From contig JBCCYL010000003.1 of assembly GCA_039189765.1 (NCBI GenBank), positions 1 to 64,000 of the forward strand: a stretch of DNA of 64,000 bases. Reading direction: 5' to 3'. Source of the DNA: Cyanobacteria bacterium P01_F01_bin.150 (GTDB taxonomy: Bacteria > Cyanobacteriota > Cyanobacteriia > CAKZMO01). Below, in pieces: positions 60,345-64,000 of the stretch. Position numbers and translations under genes: made by a program. The notes under the pieces are model-generated. The model was not told the origin of the DNA. It searched no databases and worked only from the letters and a program-made list of their open reading frames with translations. Numbering within the stretch: the first letter of the stretch is position 1; the number at the start of each line of letters is the position of its first letter.

Positions 60345-60980
60345 ATGGCCTACAGTGACTTTACGCTGGCAACCGTGAAAGCAACCTTTGGGCTTATTTT
60401 GCAAGAAGGACAGGATTTATTTGGCAGTGGTGAGGAGCAGGCTTTTATGGTGCCAACGCTGCCGCCATCCCTGCCATTAAAGACCCTAATGGATGACTAC
60501 TTGCCCTTGGCAACAGCGATCGCCACTGAAAAAGCTCGTTCTGAGTTTTTGATTGCCCCAATTTTGGCGGATATTCGACGCCAGTTAGACCATCAGGTCT
60601 CTCTGTTTTCCGGTAGCGATTTCTCGGTTGCTCCAGAAGATGGCCTGCAAGGGTTTTGTGACTACATCCTGAGCGCATCACCAGAACAGCTATTGATTAC
60701 CGCACCAGTGGTGATTATTGTAGAAGCAAAACGAGAGAATATTGTGGGTGGACTGGGGCAGTGTATCGCTGCGATGGTGGCGGCCCAGCGATTCAACCAA
60801 AAAGATGGAAAAGTTGTAGAGGCCATTTATGGAGTCGTTACGACAGGCACCAACTGGAAATTTCTGCGTTTGATTCAAAATACTGTTGAGATTGATCAGG
60901 TGGAGTACTTTATCAATCAGCTCGACCAAATTCTAGGCATACTGGCAAGTCCTTTTACAGGGTTTAATCAAACCGAATAG
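60345..60980 (+). CDS. Putative PD-(D/E)XK-fold protein (HsdR N-terminal-like)
   Basis: EKARSE..IAPIL, G.CDY, VEAK, GQC, YGVVTTG..WKF. Confidence 0.75.
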   Translation: MAYSDFTLATVKATFGLILQEGQDLFGSGEEQAFMVPTLPPSLPLKTLMDDYLPLATAIATEKARSEFLIAPILADIRRQLDHQVSLFSGSDFSVAPEDGLQGFCDYILSASPEQLLITAPVVIIVEAKRENIVGGLGQCIAAMVAAQRFNQKDGKVVEAIYGVVTTGTNWKFLRLIQNTVEIDQVEYFINQLDQILGILASPFTGFNQTE

Positions 60981-61278
60981 AAGGATTCATATCGCAAGGA
61001 GAGAACCAAGTAATTTCAAACGTCTCTTTAAGAATCCGCTGCTTTGTTTTCCAGTACAGATAGCAAAATCCACGGTTCCTAGGGGCATCAGCAAGATCGT
61101 CTGCCGCTAAAGCGTCCGCTAGGGCGATCGCCACCATATATTTTGCATCATCCTCAATCGGATCATGTAGAGCCTCGTTTCCAGGCTGACTATTGCGAGC
61201 GTGCTGGAGTCGCTGCTTTAGAGTTTTTTGGCGATCGCGTGATTCCACAAACCAGCGATACAGGGCATTAATCATCAT
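60964..61278 (-). CDS. Hypothetical protein
   Basis: C-terminal G.C...W..K..ILKE...I.W.SP..MNP...FD pattern. Confidence 0.65.
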   Translation of the reverse strand: MMINALYRWFVESRDRQKTLKQRLQHARNSQPGNEALHDPIEDDAKYMVAIALADALAADDLADAPRNRGFCYLYWKTKQRILKETFEITWFSPCDMNPSIRFD

Positions 61279-61321
61279 GAATTCGGCTTAGGGTTACACT
61301 TACGTTTATTTTCACAGAGAT

Positions 61322-61405
61322 GGGCTTAAAACTTAAGCCGAGAAGAACCTAGCAGGATACTGGGGCGCTCAGCGCCCCAGTATCCTGCTTTATAAAGACA
61401 ATCCC
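61322..61405 (-). repeat. Dispersed palindromic element family A, copy 3 (inverted)
   Basis: gcaggatactggggcgc/gcgccccagtatcctgc stem with compensatory changes; ggcttaa/ttaagcc hairpin. Confidence 0.8.
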
Positions 61406-61550
61406 ACAGAGATGTTCATAACAGAAAACCTGTGGAAGCTGGGCAAGGTCGGATAAGATGTTGTGTGGGCAGTATATAGATTATCTATCGCCCCACTCTT
61501 GCACGTTGTATTAAGCAACGCAATTCCCCGAACACAGTCGTCGTAGTTCA

Positions 61551-64000
61551 ATGACAAAGGCAAAACCCAAAGCACATGTAAAGGCAAACTCTAAGGCAGA
61601 GGCGGCTCCTTTTCCGTCCATGTCTGGAGAAGACATTCGTCAAACGTTTCTGGACTTTTACGCAGCGCGATCGCACAAAATTTTACCCAGTGCCTCATTG
61701 ATACCAGAAGACCCGACAGTGTTGTTGACCATTGCCGGAATGCTTCAATTTAAGCCCATTTTCTTGGGACAGCGCAAGGCTGAAGTGGATCGAGCCACGA
61801 CGACTCAGAAGTGTATTCGCACCAACGACATTGAAAACGTAGGCCGGACAAAGCGACACCATACGTTTTTTGAGATGTTGGGGAATTTTAGTTTCGGCGA
61901 TTACTTTAAGAAAGAGGCGATCGCCTGGGCTTGGGAGCTGTCCACGGAAGTCTTTAAGCTGCCTCCAAAGCAGCTTGTGGTCAGTGTTTTTAGAGAGGAC
62001 AATGAAGCCTTTGATATCTGGCGGGATGACATTGGCGTCCCGGTCAATCGCATTAAGCGCATGGACGAGGCCGATAATTTTTGGAACTCTGGCCCGACTG
62101 GACCCTGTGGTCCTTGTTCTGAAATTTACTATGACTTCCATCCGGAACGGGGCGAAGACAATATTGACCTGGAAGACGACACTCGTTTTATCGAGTTCTA
62201 CAATCTGGTCTTTATGCAGTACAACCAGGATGCGGACGGCAATCTTACTCCCCTTGAAAAGCAGAATATTGATACCGGCATGGGGCTGGAGCGGATGGCT
62301 CAAATTCTCCAGCGGGTCCCCAACAACTATGAAACCGATCTGATTATTCCCATTATCCAAACCGCTGCTGAGATTGCGGGCATGGAGTACACCAAGGTGG
62401 ATGAAAAGACCAAAACCTCACTAAAGGTGATTGGCGACCATATCCGGGCAGTGGTTCACTTGATTGCGGATGGTGTTAGGGCCTCCAACACCGATCGGGG
62501 CTATGTGCTACGACGGCTAATTCGCCGAGTCGTTCGTCACGGTCGTTTATTGGGCATCGACAAGCCTTTCACCGTAGAGGTGGCAGAAAAGGCGATCGCC
62601 CTTTCAGAAAAAGTATTCGCCAATGTGCGGGAGCGGGAATCCGTAGTTAAAACGGAGCTGGAACGAGAGGAGCTTCAGTTCTTAAAGACCCTGGAACGGG
62701 GCGAGAAGTTAGTGGCGGATATCCTAGAGCAAAAGCCCAAGCAAATTTCAGGGAAGGATGCCTTTGATCTTTATGATACCTATGGATTTCCCCTGGAGCT
62801 GACCCAAGAGATTGCCGAGGAAAACGACATTACGGTTGATGTCGAGGGCTTTAAAGTGGAGATGGAGAAGCAGCGAAAGCGCTCCCAGGATGCCCACGAA
62901 TCCATCGACCTTACAGTGCAGGGTAGCATTGATAGGCTGGCCAAGATTATTGATGGCACCCATTTCCTAGGCTATACGGACTTCCAATCCACTGCCACGG
63001 TAAAGGCTATTTTAGTGGATGGTCAAACTGTGGATACGGCCTCGGCCGGAGCGACCGTCCAGGTGATTCTTGACCAAACGCCCTTCTATGCTGAATCAGG
63101 GGGCCAAATTGGCGATCGCGGCACTTTTTCTGGAGACGACTTAACGGTTCAAATCACCGATGTCCAGAAAGAAGCAGGCATCTTTATTCACTTTGGCACC
63201 GTTGAACAAGGGACCCTGTCCGTTGGCGATACGATCACGGCCAATATCGACGTGGAAGGTCGCCGTCGCCTCAATGCCAACCATACTGCAACCCATCTAT
63301 TGCAGTCCGCGTTGAAGAAGATCGTTGCTGATGAAGTATCCCAAGCCGGCTCGTTAGTCGCCCTTGATCGGTTGCGATTTGACTTTAACTGTCCACGGGC
63401 GCTTACCCCCGAAGACGTGGCCCAGGTAGAAATGTGGGTCAATATTTGGATTGCTGAGGCCCACGGTCTTGAAGTTTCAACGATGCCCATCGCCGAGGCA
63501 AAAGCGAAGGGGGCGATCGCCATGTTTGGCGAGAAATACGGTGATGTGGTGCGGGTGGTGGATTTCCCCGGCGTCTCCATGGAGCTGTGTGGCGGCACCC
63601 ATGTCTTAAATACGGCTGAGCTGGGAGCCTTTCGCATTACCTCTGAAACGGGTATTTCCGCTGGCATTCGCCGGGTTGAGGCGGTGGCAGGACCAGCAAT
63701 CCTTGATTACCTCAAGGTGCGTGACCAGGTGGTGAAAGAGCTGGGCGATCGCTTTAAGGTCCAGCCCGAGGAAGTCGTGGGTCGCGTCAATGCGATTCAG
63801 GCCGAACTTAAGGAAACCCAGAAGCAGCTTGCGGCTCTCAAGTCAGAGCTAGCCATTGCTAAATCCAGCCAGCTGTTAAGCAATACGGAAACCGTTGGTG
63901 ATTACCAAATTCTAGTGGCGAATTTGGGTGAAATGGATGCAAATGCAACTAAAACTGCGGCTGAACAGCTTCAGCAAAAGCTAGGGGCAAACAGTGCAGT
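61551..64000 (+). CDS. alaS: Alanine--tRNA ligase (runs off window; missing from ORF track)
   Basis: DPTVLLTIAGMLQFK, QKCIRTND, RHHTFFEMLGNFSFGDYFK, GPCGPCSE, DTGMGLER, NHTATH, ELCGGTH; ATG 61551, alternative 61620. Confidence 0.97.
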   Translation, partial: MTKAKPKAHVKANSKAEAAPFPSMSGEDIRQTFLDFYAARSHKILPSASLIPEDPTVLLTIAGMLQFKPIFLGQRKAEVDRATTTQKCIRTNDIENVGRTKRHHTFFEMLGNFSFGDYFKKEAIAWAWELSTEVFKLPPKQLVVSVFREDNEAFDIWRDDIGVPVNRIKRMDEADNFWNSGPTGPCGPCSEIYYDFHPERGEDNIDLEDDTRFIEFYNLVFMQYNQDADGNLTPLEKQNIDTGMGLERMAQILQRVPNNYETDLIIPIIQTAAEIAGMEYTKVDEKTKTSLKVIGDHIRAVVHLIADGVRASNTDRGYVLRRLIRRVVRHGRLLGIDKPFTVEVAEKAIALSEKVFANVRERESVVKTELEREELQFLKTLERGEKLVADILEQKPKQISGKDAFDLYDTYGFPLELTQEIAEENDITVDVEGFKVEMEKQRKRSQDAHESIDLTVQGSIDRLAKIIDGTHFLGYTDFQSTATVKAILVDGQTVDTASAGATVQVILDQTPFYAESGGQIGDRGTFSGDDLTVQITDVQKEAGIFIHFGTVEQGTLSVGDTITANIDVEGRRRLNANHTATHLLQSALKKIVADEVSQAGSLVALDRLRFDFNCPRALTPEDVAQVEMWVNIWIAEAHGLEVSTMPIAEAKAKGAIAMFGEKYGDVVRVVDFPGVSMELCGGTHVLNTAELGAFRITSETGISAGIRRVEAVAGPAILDYLKVRDQVVKELGDRFKVQPEEVVGRVNAIQAELKETQKQLAALKSELAIAKSSQLLSNTETVGDYQILVANLGEMDANATKTAAEQLQQKLGANSA

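Noticed and set aside
262..60929. Many short ORFs overlapping well-supported genes
   Set aside because: Antisense or alternate-frame shadows with no motifs
61322..61550. T-box-like leader before alaS or gatB
   Set aside because: No T-box consensus seen; the hairpin is a dispersed repeat found in both orientations
61695..63667. ORF-track entries within 61.7-63.7 kb
   Set aside because: Antisense or out-of-frame shadows of alaS

Overview
Cyanobacterial chromosomal segment: HIP1 octamers (GCGATCGC) occur throughout, with cyanobacteria-typical genes such as the HetZ-related protein, DUF4327 and Uma2 expansions. Bases 1-32 kb and 56-64 kb are mostly housekeeping and transport genes (rnc, lipA, group 2 sigma factor, ychF, gatB, mlaE, pyrB, cobU, desC, peptide ABC transporter, mazG, and an alaS that runs off the window). 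Bases 32-56 kb form an accessory/defence region. The main result is a complete type I Wadjet (jetABCD) anti-plasmid system with four open reading frames, split into three pieces. A ~5 kb cargo (Uma2, frameshifted SWIM protein, Uma2, His->Tyr Fic) sits between jetA and jetB, bracketed by a 204-bp ungapped inverted repeat carrying REP-like hairpins and by a 9-bp direct repeat that includes the jetA stop codon. An antisense Uma2 gene separates jetC from jetD. Other highlights: a ~200-nt leader with mutually exclusive, RBS-sequestering pairings before a small protein; a paired ATPase/STAND module with a stand-alone copy of its N-terminal domain and an AT-rich C-terminus; an OB-fold/Rnl2-type RNA ligase with a structured leader; an in-frame REP plus short-tandem-repeat insertion in pyrB; a 36-aa membrane protein missing from the ORF track; and several palindromic repeat families. 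No rRNA, tRNA, CRISPR array, integrase or transposase was recognised. Family assignments come from motif recognition by eye, not database searches.
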